From a virus: a DNA stretch of 64,000 nt. Shown here piece by piece: positions 9,923-19,908 of the stretch. The notes beneath the pieces were generated by a model. That model searched no databases, was not told the origin of the DNA, and worked only from the letters and a program-made list of their open reading frames with translations. The stretch covers positions 108,941-172,940 of the IMG/VR virus record IMGVR_UViG_3300046744_000223, one strand, 5' to 3'. The first letter of the stretch is position 1. Every line of letters begins with the position of its first letter. The position numbers were made by a program, and so were the translations under genes.

Positions 9923-10599
9923 TTCTTACCTGTGTGCTTTCCGGTTTGTAAAAAATATTCATTGTCTCTACTATCACCTTTCAAAAAGTGATACTCAAAT
10001 CCAAGTTTCCACATAACATAGTCAAAACTTAATTGGTCTCTACGTGAGTTATACTTTATTTCATCCCACCATGCTTCCATAGATTCAATGACGTGTTCAT
10101 CATTATGATTTCTTAATATAATTGGATTTGTAGCTAACCCATTATTTTGTGGATATCCCTCATCTAAGTATCTCTGAACTTGGGTATACATGGTTTGTGG
10201 ATTGTCCTTGTAATTACCACCATTAGACTTACCCAAACTCATTATTGCCTCATACTCTTTGTAAATACAATCTCGTGGGTCCAGTCTTGTTTGATTATGG
10301 TCAAATACCTGATACGGGTGTTTGTTTACCAATGGTGTAAAATCTTTTCTAACCAATATATTACCATCAATCCATAACGAACAATCGTATTCTGATAAAT
10401 ATCTATGTGGTAATATTTTGTATTTTTTAGCGTTACGATTTGGGTCTGAATATATTGGTGTAGATTTAATAATCTTCCAAGTATCCGATTTTATATCCAT
10501 ATCAGTAAAGCATATATAATCAACACCATCTATTATTTGTTGATTTTCATGTAGATTATCATACCCACCAAAGATTGAAGTATAAACGGCTATTTTCAT
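9919..10599 (-). CDS. DUF616 (TOD1/MUCI70-like) glycosyltransferase
   Basis: VYTSIFGGYD, YICFTD, KILPHRYL, SLWIDGN, RDCIYKE, SRRDQLSF. Confidence 0.85.
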   Translation of the reverse strand: MKIAVYTSIFGGYDNLHENQQIIDGVDYICFTDMDIKSDTWKIIKSTPIYSDPNRNAKKYKILPHRYLSEYDCSLWIDGNILVRKDFTPLVNKHPYQVFDHNQTRLDPRDCIYKEYEAIMSLGKSNGGNYKDNPQTMYTQVQRYLDEGYPQNNGLATNPIILRNHNDEHVIESMEAWWDEIKYNSRRDQLSFDYVMWKLGFEYHFLKGDSRDNEYFLQTGKHTGKK

Positions 10600-11444
10600 A
10601 TGTAATGCTCACTTCTTACTAAGTTAGAGCCAAGATTGGGTCTAGCTACTGTGTATGTTGGTGTATAATTTGCAATCGTATCATTAACACCGGTCTGATT
10701 ACCAACGTTAAATTTAGCCTTGCTTTTGATATATAATTGAATACGTGTGTCAACGTGTCTGAGGTCTAAACACTTTTTATATTTCAATCCAAATTGATTT
10801 TTTGTAGTCCAATAAAACATTGGTAATTTATATTCATTGATTTTTGATTGGATTTTCTCAACTCCAGTGCCATCAAATCTATTTGATATCAATAGAGTAC
10901 CAAAATCACCATTAACGTGTTCTCTAATAATAGAATTACCCAACTCTCTTTCAGAATCAGACCAATAAACTTCCGGCTCAATATCGTCAAAAGAATCAAA
11001 TTGCCAAAACTTTAATATTTCTTCCATAAGTGGGATTTTATAAACACCTAAGTCATCATATATTCTATAATGGTCATTGAATACCTCCCCTTCAAATGAA
11101 TCTACAAATCCATCTATATATGGGTTGTTGTCAAAAATAGTATGAACCACTTGAAACGGGTCTGACCATGATGACCAATTTTGCTCTAAGTGACCAAATA
11201 ACTCTCTTAACAATTTTGGTGATGGTATCCAAACCTTACAATCAGGATATTTTTCTTTTAATTTACGTGGAAACGCAGAGATAATTCCCCAATCCCCAAC
11301 ACCAAAACAAGTTCTTAGGATTACAAAGTTTTTACCTTCCAAGTATTCATCAGGAATATAGGAAGGGTCACTTAAAGGAAACCCTAACTTATCAACCTCT
11401 TGTATAGGAAGTACTTTATTATCGAATGTTCTCCAAAATACCAT
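10596..11444 (-). CDS. GT9 (heptosyltransferase)-like glycosyltransferase
   Basis: LRTCFGVGDWGIISAFPRKLKEKYPDCKV and NNPYID resemble the GT9 N-terminus; start at 11444 (TAATG overlap). Confidence 0.55.
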   Translation of the reverse strand: MVFWRTFDNKVLPIQEVDKLGFPLSDPSYIPDEYLEGKNFVILRTCFGVGDWGIISAFPRKLKEKYPDCKVWIPSPKLLRELFGHLEQNWSSWSDPFQVVHTIFDNNPYIDGFVDSFEGEVFNDHYRIYDDLGVYKIPLMEEILKFWQFDSFDDIEPEVYWSDSERELGNSIIREHVNGDFGTLLISNRFDGTGVEKIQSKINEYKLPMFYWTTKNQFGLKYKKCLDLRHVDTRIQLYIKSKAKFNVGNQTGVNDTIANYTPTYTVARPNLGSNLVRSEHYI

Positions 11445-12280
11445 TATGAAACTGCCCTTCCTTCCATACCTTCCCAATCCTTATCAGTTCTAACCTCTTG
11501 ATTAGTTTTCTCAGTAGCCGATAGGACATTGTTTGTTGTGTTTAATAATTCCGTAAGTTTCAACATAGCTGATAAATCTTTAGGGAAACAATGTCCACCA
11601 AATCCTAAATCACCATCAGGACCAGGAACAGCCCAATGTGATTTACCTAACCTATCATCATATGTCGCATATTCTACAACCTTATCATAGTCCAATGATA
11701 GTTTATCACATACTTGATAAATCTCATTTGCAAAAGAAACTTTTGTAGCTAAGAACGTATTAGTTACATACTTTACCATTTCTGCGTGTGTAGAGCCAGT
11801 CTTTATGATTGGTGTGGTAGGAAAAACTAAACGATAGATTTGTTTAAGTGGAGTGGTTCCTTTACGTGGGCCCCCTAAGATAATCTTTGATTGGTTCTCA
11901 AAGTCTTGTACTGCGTTTGCTTCGGTTAAGAATTCCGGATTGAACACAATTGTGATACTCTTAAAGTTATTGTTAAACATCTCGGTTGTAGTTGGTGGAA
12001 TTGTAGATTTGATAACCACAACAACATCCTTACCTACGTTATTGATTTGAGACAATACCGATTCCACAATTGAAATGTCACACGACCCATCAACTCTCTT
12101 CATTGGAGTGGGTACACATACAAATACAACATCCGAAGCTTCGACTACCTCTTTTAGGGTATCCGTAGTTCTTTTAGACCCATCAAGGTCATAGGTTAAA
12201 ACGCTAAAATAGTTTTTAAACTTTTGGTAAATGGCATTTCCTACAAAGCCTTGACCCACTATTCCAATATTATATTTCAT
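11444..12280 (-). CDS. UDP-glucose/GDP-mannose dehydrogenase family protein, short form
   Basis: GIVGQGFVG, FVCVPTP, IKSTIPP, FNPEFL, AEMVKY..NTFLA, GFGGHCFPKD. Confidence 0.9.
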   Translation of the reverse strand: MKYNIGIVGQGFVGNAIYQKFKNYFSVLTYDLDGSKRTTDTLKEVVEASDVVFVCVPTPMKRVDGSCDISIVESVLSQINNVGKDVVVVIKSTIPPTTTEMFNNNFKSITIVFNPEFLTEANAVQDFENQSKIILGGPRKGTTPLKQIYRLVFPTTPIIKTGSTHAEMVKYVTNTFLATKVSFANEIYQVCDKLSLDYDKVVEYATYDDRLGKSHWAVPGPDGDLGFGGHCFPKDLSAMLKLTELLNTTNNVLSATEKTNQEVRTDKDWEGMEGRAVS

Positions 12281-12331
12281 AGATAAATTGTAAAATTTTC
12301 TTGTGACACACGATTCGTTTCCAAAATGGAA

Positions 12332-12958
12332 TTACACGAGGGTGTCGTAATATTCGTTTTGCTTTTCTTGTCGTTCGATTTGCTTTGGGTGATATAGGGA
12401 AAGTTCTTCCATCCAAGGTAAGTTTGATATAGTATCATACCCAACGAGTTTCTCGTGTACCTTATTTTCCCAACGAATGTTATCTGAGTTTTTGTAGATT
12501 CTCCATTGAGGGTCTGGAAAGTTTACCCAACCCTTATCATCCACTCTCCAACCCCACTTCTGAATGTGTTCTGATGTAAGTCCTTCTACCGTGTTTACAC
12601 GTGGTACGAGAATCACATCTACATCATTTGCTTCTAAGATTGCGTGGATATTGTCCATGAGGGTCTCATTAGGATACTCATCTGCGTCAATCTGAAAAAT
12701 GTAATCACCATCACAATGTTTGGTAAGTTCATTCTTTAGATTTGCGAAGTGTCCATCGAACTCATATGGATGCCATAGGAATAGAGTCTTCTCTGCATTC
12801 ATCTTACGGAGATATGTTTCTACCATTGGGTCACCATTCTTAGAGTCCCATAGAACCACAATCTCATCATGAGGTTGTTTTAGTGTGATTAACTTTTGTA
12901 GTAAGGTTTGAATCTCTAAGAACTCATTACATACTGTGACTGCGTAACTGATTTTCAT
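12332..12958 (-). CDS. Family 2 glycosyltransferase
   Basis: MKISYAVTVCNE, FQIDADE, WENKVHE. Confidence 0.8.
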   Translation of the reverse strand: MKISYAVTVCNEFLEIQTLLQKLITLKQPHDEIVVLWDSKNGDPMVETYLRKMNAEKTLFLWHPYEFDGHFANLKNELTKHCDGDYIFQIDADEYPNETLMDNIHAILEANDVDVILVPRVNTVEGLTSEHIQKWGWRVDDKGWVNFPDPQWRIYKNSDNIRWENKVHEKLVGYDTISNLPWMEELSLYHPKQIERQEKQNEYYDTLV

Positions 12959-12961
12959 ATC

Positions 12962-13459
12962 TTATATTCCTTTTAAGAAGTCCGGAGTGTCATCCTTTTC
13001 AAGACTATCTTCTTGTCTACGTTTTGCTTTAGTATCTATCTTATCGAAGATACCATAATCATAGTTATATACCATAACAGTTGATATATTCTTTTCAACT
13101 AATGTACGATAACCACCCTTTAACTTCTTATTTCTAATCTCATTAAGGTAAAATTGTTTAGAGTTTACATCAAGATTTAATTTAGTCAAATCCAACTTTT
13201 TTACTTTCGAGGTTGAACTGATTACTTCATTTAATGAAGATGCCATTTTTAGCATTTGTGGTGGTGCGATGTGTTTTAAGTCTAAACAATGAAAGTATGT
13301 TTTAAACTTTGGCTGTAACACGAATACATAATAATCTCGAGCCTCACCAGATACTTTCTTGTATCTGATTTTAGCTACCATACCTTTCTCTAATTTTGAC
13401 TTAGGTATACGAGTAGCGTCAGCAATTCGATTTCTATGCATTGTCGTGTAATCAGGCAT
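12962..13459 (-). CDS. Hypothetical basic protein (faint resemblance to T4 gp2 DNA end protector)
   Basis: Long ORF in the operon; FHCLDLKHIAPP weakly resembles the gp2 GLNLHYLPP segment. Confidence 0.35.
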   Translation of the reverse strand: MPDYTTMHRNRIADATRIPKSKLEKGMVAKIRYKKVSGEARDYYVFVLQPKFKTYFHCLDLKHIAPPQMLKMASSLNEVISSTSKVKKLDLTKLNLDVNSKQFYLNEIRNKKLKGGYRTLVEKNISTVMVYNYDYGIFDKIDTKAKRRQEDSLEKDDTPDFLKGI

Positions 13460-14778
13460 TACTCACCTACTTTCTTTAGTTTTGGTAATTTTAATTCAGT
13501 TGGCGTGTCTTTCTTTTTCAAAGTTGGTAACGTTAATCCAACTTGTTGTGGACCATCACCTACTTTGTAAATGTCAAGTATTTCGGACAATTTACTTGAC
13601 ATATTATCAAGTGTAAAGTTGTCTTTTACATACTTACGATTCTTACGAGACTTCTCAACTGCTTTCTTATAATTATCGTAGATTGTTTTTAAAGTATGAG
13701 CTGCGTCATTATAATTAATTGTAAACCACTTGGACTCTTTCCTAATCCAATTGTTTGATGCTGATTTGTCTACATTTTGAAGTTCACCACCAACTAAGAA
13801 ATTAAAATCTGAATTCAAGAAATCTATATGACCACTCCAATTTGATGCAATTATTGGTTTACCACTAACACAAGCTTCTAATAATGGTCTACCAAATCCC
13901 TCACCACGTGTAAATGATACGTGTGCCTTTACCTTTGGGTGATTATACAATGAATTCATCTCCTCATCTGAAAGGTCACCATCGAGAATATAGATGTTTG
14001 GTAGTATCTTTGAATCAATCATACCTTTAATCATTTCGATTCTCTTTCTCAACTCATGTACATTTGTGATGCCAGGCGCCGTGAGAGATGTCTTTAGAAT
14101 AAGTGCTGGTGTATTCTTTTTGTTTTTAAACGTATTTAGGAATGTGTGAATCAAACCACTTACGTTTTTTCTATCATGACCTATGTTACCTTGTAACCAA
14201 TGACCAACAAATAGATATGTAAAAGATTCTTTCACATTACTTAGTACATCATTAACAGATTGATGAACTTCAGATTTATTATCGTAAATCTTAGGGTCAA
14301 ATCCTTCGAATAAAACTTCAACCGGCTTTGTTAGAGATGTTTGACCTACCTTTTCTTTGGTTTTTTCATTTATTTTATCATAAACCACTTCGAGTGTTTT
14401 CTTAGAGTGTTCTGATGAAACCAATGTAAGGTCCATACGATTACACCCATCAATAAATTCAGCAGATGCATCGGTAGTTTCAATAACAGCCGATACCCCA
14501 ATGTTAAAGTGACCAACGGGTTGGAACTCACTTGGAATTGTAATCTGCATCCACACGTCTGGCTTCTGATTTATATTACCACTAATGAGCCTTGATGTTA
14601 AGTCTACATCTTCCGTTGTGAGTGCATTTTGAGGTGTATTACCCCATCGTTGTGGTAAGATTTTTATATCCCACTCTTCACCTTTGGTTTGAATTAACGA
14701 ACGGACTAAATCTCTCGAACGGGCACCATACCCACTTCTCGTTGCAATAGGGCAACTAACTACACATAACTTTTTCAT
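13459..14778 (-). CDS. GT-B (GT4-like) glycosyltransferase
   Basis: SGYG, DRKN, TRGEGFGRPLLEA, PIIASNWSGH. Confidence 0.85.
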   Translation of the reverse strand: MKKLCVVSCPIATRSGYGARSRDLVRSLIQTKGEEWDIKILPQRWGNTPQNALTTEDVDLTSRLISGNINQKPDVWMQITIPSEFQPVGHFNIGVSAVIETTDASAEFIDGCNRMDLTLVSSEHSKKTLEVVYDKINEKTKEKVGQTSLTKPVEVLFEGFDPKIYDNKSEVHQSVNDVLSNVKESFTYLFVGHWLQGNIGHDRKNVSGLIHTFLNTFKNKKNTPALILKTSLTAPGITNVHELRKRIEMIKGMIDSKILPNIYILDGDLSDEEMNSLYNHPKVKAHVSFTRGEGFGRPLLEACVSGKPIIASNWSGHIDFLNSDFNFLVGGELQNVDKSASNNWIRKESKWFTINYNDAAHTLKTIYDNYKKAVEKSRKNRKYVKDNFTLDNMSSKLSEILDIYKVGDGPQQVGLTLPTLKKKDTPTELKLPKLKKVGE

Positions 14779-16184
14779 ACTGAATAAATCTCAAATCTTT
14801 TACGAGGTGTCCAATTTTCAAGACAACCATCAATTGCGTCAATAAACTTACCACCCATATTTTCGGATGCCATCCCACTCTCACCTTGAACCCACTCATG
14901 TCCAATATGTCCCACGTATTCTAAGTGGTCTCTACCATCTTCAAGAGCGTTTCCTAACTTCTCAGCTACATCCATAAAGTCACATCTATCATCGAATATG
15001 TATGGTGTTTGTGGTGAACCTTGTAGTGACCTATTAGATGGCCATACAGGATAAACCCAACTACCACGTCCTAATAATTCATACTTAGACCATTTTCTTC
15101 TATCATGTAGTGACCCAATCTCAACATAATCTTCAGCAGTTAGAATTTCACCTTCCAAATCAAAACCACATTGGTCTTGAAGACCACCTGTTACGTTGAC
15201 TATAATTGGTGTACCAGCTCTCAATGCTTCACAAGAGGCGAGTCCGAAACCTTCATTAGAAGCTATGTTTAGAATGATATCACCTGAATTGTAATATAGG
15301 TTTAAATCTTCGGTAGTGAATTTAGCATCAGTAAATTTATAATCACCATAGTGACCATTGTGTTTGATTACCTCATTCAAGTCAGTTCCATTGTCATCAC
15401 TTCGTTGAGTATGGAAGAATAAACATACCTTCTTATCCTCATGTTGTTTTGCAAACTCATTGAATGCAAGAACTACATCACCTGGTACTTTTCTACGAAT
15501 ATTTCTATTGTTCCATAGAACTACAAAGTCGTATTCGTTTAATCCAAATCTGTTTTTGAATTCCACTAACTTTGCGTCATCCGATGGTAATGGTTTGAAG
15601 TGTTTGGATACTCCATGTGGGATATATTTGTATGCCCAATCGTCCTTCGCCATACCATACTTCTCAAGAGTTCTCTTGTTTATACCATAGGTTTGTTTTG
15701 AGATTGACAATAACATATCACACGATGCATAAAATGGTGCATTCCACATTGGGTCTGGTAATGAGTCCCAAATATTGTAATACATAATAGGAACGAACTC
15801 TCTTACTTCATGCTCCATATCGTACAACCACTTCCAAAAACGTGGGTCAGTGAAGTGTAAGATTGCATCAGGTTTCTCAATGTTAATAAGTTGCCTTAAT
15901 ATTTCAGGATTCCCATATCCGCTACTTGCGTATATTTTGAGTGATGCATCTTCTACACCAGTTTCCTTTTGTGTATCAGCTGAAACATCAAACATCTTAC
16001 CCTCTTCGGGATGTTTTAGTGCTGCCCCAAGTTGAACCCAATCATACTTATGAATTGTTGAAAAAACAATCTCTTTTGATTGTGTTGCTATACCACTATG
16101 TAATCTGAGGTCATCCGAAAGAAGTAGAATCTTTTTCTTCTTCGGTTTAGTTGGGTCTACTTTTCGTAGTTTTGGTAATTCCAT
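14775..16184 (-). CDS. GT-B (GT4-like) glycosyltransferase
   Basis: NRNIRRK, YIPHG, NEGFGLASCEA..GTPII..TGGLQDQ. Confidence 0.85.
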   Translation of the reverse strand: MELPKLRKVDPTKPKKKKILLLSDDLRLHSGIATQSKEIVFSTIHKYDWVQLGAALKHPEEGKMFDVSADTQKETGVEDASLKIYASSGYGNPEILRQLINIEKPDAILHFTDPRFWKWLYDMEHEVREFVPIMYYNIWDSLPDPMWNAPFYASCDMLLSISKQTYGINKRTLEKYGMAKDDWAYKYIPHGVSKHFKPLPSDDAKLVEFKNRFGLNEYDFVVLWNNRNIRRKVPGDVVLAFNEFAKQHEDKKVCLFFHTQRSDDNGTDLNEVIKHNGHYGDYKFTDAKFTTEDLNLYYNSGDIILNIASNEGFGLASCEALRAGTPIIVNVTGGLQDQCGFDLEGEILTAEDYVEIGSLHDRRKWSKYELLGRGSWVYPVWPSNRSLQGSPQTPYIFDDRCDFMDVAEKLGNALEDGRDHLEYVGHIGHEWVQGESGMASENMGGKFIDAIDGCLENWTPRKRFEIYSV

Positions 16185-16210
16185 TCGTAACTATTTCCTT
16201 TTTATTTAGT

Positions 16211-16218
16211 TATAAATA
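16211..16218 (-). promoter_or_regulatory. Putative late promoter TATTTATA upstream of the glycosyltransferase operon
   Basis: Same octamer precedes the structural genes. Confidence 0.55.
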
Positions 16219-16240
16219 TACAAAATATATTTATTAAATC

Positions 16241-18076
16241 CTAATTTTTAAAATACATCATATCGTTGATTACTAATATATCAACATCAGACTCATCAAA
16301 TAATTTCATTGCATCTTCGGGCGTTTCCACAATAGGTTCACCTTTTACATTCAGTGAAGTATTTAGTACAACTGGCACACCAGTTATGTCCTTAAATTTA
16401 GAAATCAAATCGTAAAATATAGGGTTATGGTCTCTTGTTAAAGTCTGAACACGTGATGTATTGTCTATATGAACTGCTGATGGTATTTCTTGTGGCTTTC
16501 TACATGGTACAGTATGTAACATAAATGGTGACTCAAAATCCATATTGAACCACTCCTCCTTATCTTCGGTTAACACTACTGGCGCAAATGGTCTAAACCA
16601 TTCTCTGAATTTAACTCTTGAGTTTAGAATATCCTTCATCTCTTTATTACGAGGGTCACTTATAAAAGAACGATTACCCAATGCACGTGGACCTACTTCA
16701 GAGTGACCTTGATACCAACACACAATTTTACCATCAGCAATATTTTGAGCAACTACATCCAAATCTAATGGAACTGCATTTGTGTCAGTTTCAGGTTGGT
16801 GGTCATATGTAACACCTAAATAAGCAAGTTCATTTGTAGTGTAGTTAACACGTTTACCACCTAAATTAAAGTGATAGTAAAACAATGCCGAACCAGCTGG
16901 TATCCCATCATCACCACACGCTGGGAAAAAGTGTATATTCTTAAATTTTGTTTCTTTTAATATCTTATAATTTGCGTTACAATTTAAAAATGTACCACCG
17001 GCTAAACACAAATTACCATCGTTGAAATTTTTAGTATCTTCATATAATTCATTGATATACTTAATAAGAGCACGTTCTAATAAATATTGAATACTTGCAG
17101 CAATATCCATGACTTCTTGAGAATCTGATTCTTCTTTTGAATACACTGTTTGGTATATTCTATTTATAAACTGATAACCTGGTTCTTTATTTACGTACTC
17201 TTTACGTGCTGTACTTATGAATGGGTATCTACCACTGATTTCTGAAAATAACCAATCACTATATCGGTGATATTCAGTACTAATTTGATTAAATGGGAGA
17301 CACCACTTTTCCCACTGCTCCATGGTCTTACCATTTACATTACCGAATGAAGATAATCCCATTAATGTACCTGCTTTTAATGTTCCCGGCCCTAACCCAC
17401 AAAACTCAGTAGCTACATCATAGAAGTTCCCCAACATAAATTCAGGAGATTTAAAAGATTGTAGTATACTACCATTACCAACCATTGAGGTACTACAATT
17501 TTTTGGAGTATGCATCGAAGCGTCGGCCGTAAATACAGCTGCCCTTGGAAATGGTGATGTATAAAATGCAGCTGCAGCATGGGCAGTATGATGTCTTACA
17601 AAGCAACCATTAATTGGTCGGGTGTACCCCTCTATATCAATTATCAATGGAAATGATTCACTATGTTGTATCACTTCAGGCCCAAATGGAGGGTCGATGT
17701 TGTCTATAAATTCCGGCAGAGATATCCCAAGCCCATCAACATATTCTGGTTTGTATGGAAACTCATCCAAGTGGTTGAGTATTCTCGTGTCTTGTCGTTG
17801 TGCGCCAAATGTATTAAGTGGATAAACGGAATTGGTTGGGCTGTATAGTTTTATCCAATTACAATTATTATAGTTCCAAAATGCCATTGTGATACAATCT
17901 ATATCATCAATAGTCATTTCGTTTACTTGTAGAAAGTGGTTAAAGAACTCTCTACTTAATACTTCATCTTTCTTTACCCTACTGTATCTTTCAACGCTTA
18001 ATGATGATACTAATTTGCCATTACGTACTAACGATAATGATGCATCATGGCCGGTGTGCATTCCTATTATATTCAT
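16241..18076 (-). CDS. NodU/CmcH/TobZ-family O-carbamoyltransferase
   Basis: GHDAS, ERYSRVK, HHTAHA, LMGLSSFG, GGTFLNCNAN, GDDG, EVGPRALGNRS, KFREWFRPFAP, LNTSLN..GEPIV. Confidence 0.95.
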   Translation of the reverse strand: MNIIGMHTGHDASLSLVRNGKLVSSLSVERYSRVKKDEVLSREFFNHFLQVNEMTIDDIDCITMAFWNYNNCNWIKLYSPTNSVYPLNTFGAQRQDTRILNHLDEFPYKPEYVDGLGISLPEFIDNIDPPFGPEVIQHSESFPLIIDIEGYTRPINGCFVRHHTAHAAAAFYTSPFPRAAVFTADASMHTPKNCSTSMVGNGSILQSFKSPEFMLGNFYDVATEFCGLGPGTLKAGTLMGLSSFGNVNGKTMEQWEKWCLPFNQISTEYHRYSDWLFSEISGRYPFISTARKEYVNKEPGYQFINRIYQTVYSKEESDSQEVMDIAASIQYLLERALIKYINELYEDTKNFNDGNLCLAGGTFLNCNANYKILKETKFKNIHFFPACGDDGIPAGSALFYYHFNLGGKRVNYTTNELAYLGVTYDHQPETDTNAVPLDLDVVAQNIADGKIVCWYQGHSEVGPRALGNRSFISDPRNKEMKDILNSRVKFREWFRPFAPVVLTEDKEEWFNMDFESPFMLHTVPCRKPQEIPSAVHIDNTSRVQTLTRDHNPIFYDLISKFKDITGVPVVLNTSLNVKGEPIVETPEDAMKLFDESDVDILVINDMMYFKN

Positions 18077-18468
18077 TGTATAAATTTAGCAGTTTTACCA
18101 TTACGACTTAATACTCGTTTAAAATGGTTGAATTCATTTTTTTTAATTTCCCCAAAGAAGTATAACTTATCTGAACCTCTGACTACACAATCATATTGAT
18201 GTAAAGGCTGAGTTGGGTGATATGGCTTACCATAATATTCAGATTCCATGCCACTATATAATGACATTATAGTATGTGCTGGATTATACTCTATATACTT
18301 AACACCTAATTCTAATGAGAACTTACGTACCCATTTTTCTATACCATCAGTGTTTCCACGTGTTACTAGTATTAATTCTTCTCCAAATTTTTGTTTTAGA
18401 TTCCAAACGAGTTCTTTTACTTCACCCCTATTCTCATACGTTGGACTCCCCAGCAGTGCTATTCTCAT
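18073..18468 (-). CDS. SLOG-superfamily (DUF2493/YspA-like) protein
   Basis: MRIALLGSPTYENR..LVTRGNTDGIEKWVRKF; start placed at Met44 of the track ORF. Confidence 0.55.
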   Translation of the reverse strand: MRIALLGSPTYENRGEVKELVWNLKQKFGEELILVTRGNTDGIEKWVRKFSLELGVKYIEYNPAHTIMSLYSGMESEYYGKPYHPTQPLHQYDCVVRGSDKLYFFGEIKKNEFNHFKRVLSRNGKTAKFIQ

Positions 18469-18964
18469 ATTTTTTGAGTCTTTTTTGAACCTTCCTCCAA
18501 TACTTCTTGGTTTGTTTTTTTTGTAATCCCTTCGGACCACCATTCCAACACCTAGCGATTTTTTCATATGAACTTGTTTCGTGATAATAATTTGCAACTA
18601 TGTTAAACATTTGAATAGATTTATCTCTACTCCATCGGTCTTCTAATGTAAATATGTAATCTGAACCTTTTAAATCCAAAATTCGGTTAACTTCTTTTAA
18701 CATTATTGGTCTAATTTGAAGAACACCAACAGCATCTTCTTTTTTACAATATGCAGACGTGTCACCACGACTTTCTACCCAAATGATTGCTTCTACTAAA
18801 TCGTTTAGGTTTCTTAACGAAACGGGTGCTAATTGTACATTTGGGGGTGTTACTTCGATTTGGTTAATTTCTTTTAAAGGAATATTAATTAAAGATTCCT
18901 TTTTTTTAATCATGTAGGTAGATGAAATTAATAAAATAGCAGGTACTAATAGTAACTTTCTCAT
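18434..18964 (-). CDS. Lysozyme-like/lytic transglycosylase with N-terminal hydrophobic segment
   Basis: AIIWVESRG (catalytic Glu), GVLQIRP, ARCWNGGPKG. Confidence 0.75.
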   Translation of the reverse strand: MRKLLLVPAILLISSTYMIKKKESLINIPLKEINQIEVTPPNVQLAPVSLRNLNDLVEAIIWVESRGDTSAYCKKEDAVGVLQIRPIMLKEVNRILDLKGSDYIFTLEDRWSRDKSIQMFNIVANYYHETSSYEKIARCWNGGPKGLQKKQTKKYWRKVQKRLKKYENSTAGESNV

Positions 18965-18967
18965 ATA

Positions 18968-19903
18968 TTAGGATTTGATTCTTTCCTTACGATTACACAA
19001 CTCACTTTTCTTGAAAGGACAATACTTACAATTCTTGGAGTTCTTACCTGCGATAGCAGGAAACTCACCTTCAGTATTATATGACCCATCTTCATTGAAT
19101 GATTTAGATATAAAATCATCGAATGATGTTGATACGTTTCTCATTGTAATACTACCATGAGCAGGTACAAACTCTTGAACTCTCTTCTGAGCAAACATTG
19201 CTTCTTCCCACAACTTACGTTTTACAATAAAGTATCTGACTTGAATCTTGTCGATAGGCCATCCGTATTGTTCTGAGAAGAACTTCTTATATAAAACTAA
19301 TTGAGCAGTCTTGGTTTTATCTTTCTTCTGATACTCATTCCATCCTCTTGTAGATGTCTTGATATCCCAAATCTCTATGATACCATCTTGGTCTTCAAAC
19401 ACTAAATCGATGAATCCCTTCATCATAATGTTTTTGTTTGAGGTCTCGTGGAAGATTGGTAACTCTACACCCCTCAAGCTTAACTTCTTAGTTGAGAAGT
19501 AATCAGTACGATTCTTTTTGATGTAGTCAATGATTTGAATACCATCATCATAGAACTCGTTCATCTCAGCTTTGGTTGTGAATGAACCATATCGTTCTGA
19601 CATTGATTTGTACTCATTAGCCATTGAAGTTAATAACAACTGACCCAAGTCGAGTTTATCTGCTTCAGTAGGCCCATCCTTATACAAGACTTGTAACCAC
19701 TCTTGGAGAGTCTCGTGCATGGCAGTCCCAAAGACAAGGTGAATGGATGGGTCAAAGTCTTTGTGACCATCCATATAGGTTAACTTCCATTGTTTAGGGC
19801 AGTTTGCCCACATTGTATATTGGGAGTATGATACTTTGGAAACCCCACCTACGTCTTCTCGTATGGAGAGGTTAAACACATTTGATACTTCTGACTTTTT
19901 CAT
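18968..19903 (-). CDS. PD-(D/E)XK exonuclease, Cas4/RecB-like, with Fe-S cysteines
   Basis: CPKQW, GTAMHE, GFIDL, DIKT, QLVLY, CKYCPF..C. Confidence 0.85.
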   Translation of the reverse strand: MKKSEVSNVFNLSIREDVGGVSKVSYSQYTMWANCPKQWKLTYMDGHKDFDPSIHLVFGTAMHETLQEWLQVLYKDGPTEADKLDLGQLLLTSMANEYKSMSERYGSFTTKAEMNEFYDDGIQIIDYIKKNRTDYFSTKKLSLRGVELPIFHETSNKNIMMKGFIDLVFEDQDGIIEIWDIKTSTRGWNEYQKKDKTKTAQLVLYKKFFSEQYGWPIDKIQVRYFIVKRKLWEEAMFAQKRVQEFVPAHGSITMRNVSTSFDDFISKSFNEDGSYNTEGEFPAIAGKNSKNCKYCPFKKSELCNRKERIKS

Positions 19904-19908
19904 ATACT

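Noticed and set aside
12962-13459. Firm call as T4 gp2 DNA end protector
   Set aside because: The resemblance is limited to one short segment; left as hypothetical.
18968-19903. Cas4-like gene as evidence of CRISPR-Cas
   Set aside because: No array or other cas genes; solo Cas4/RecB-like nucleases are common in phages.
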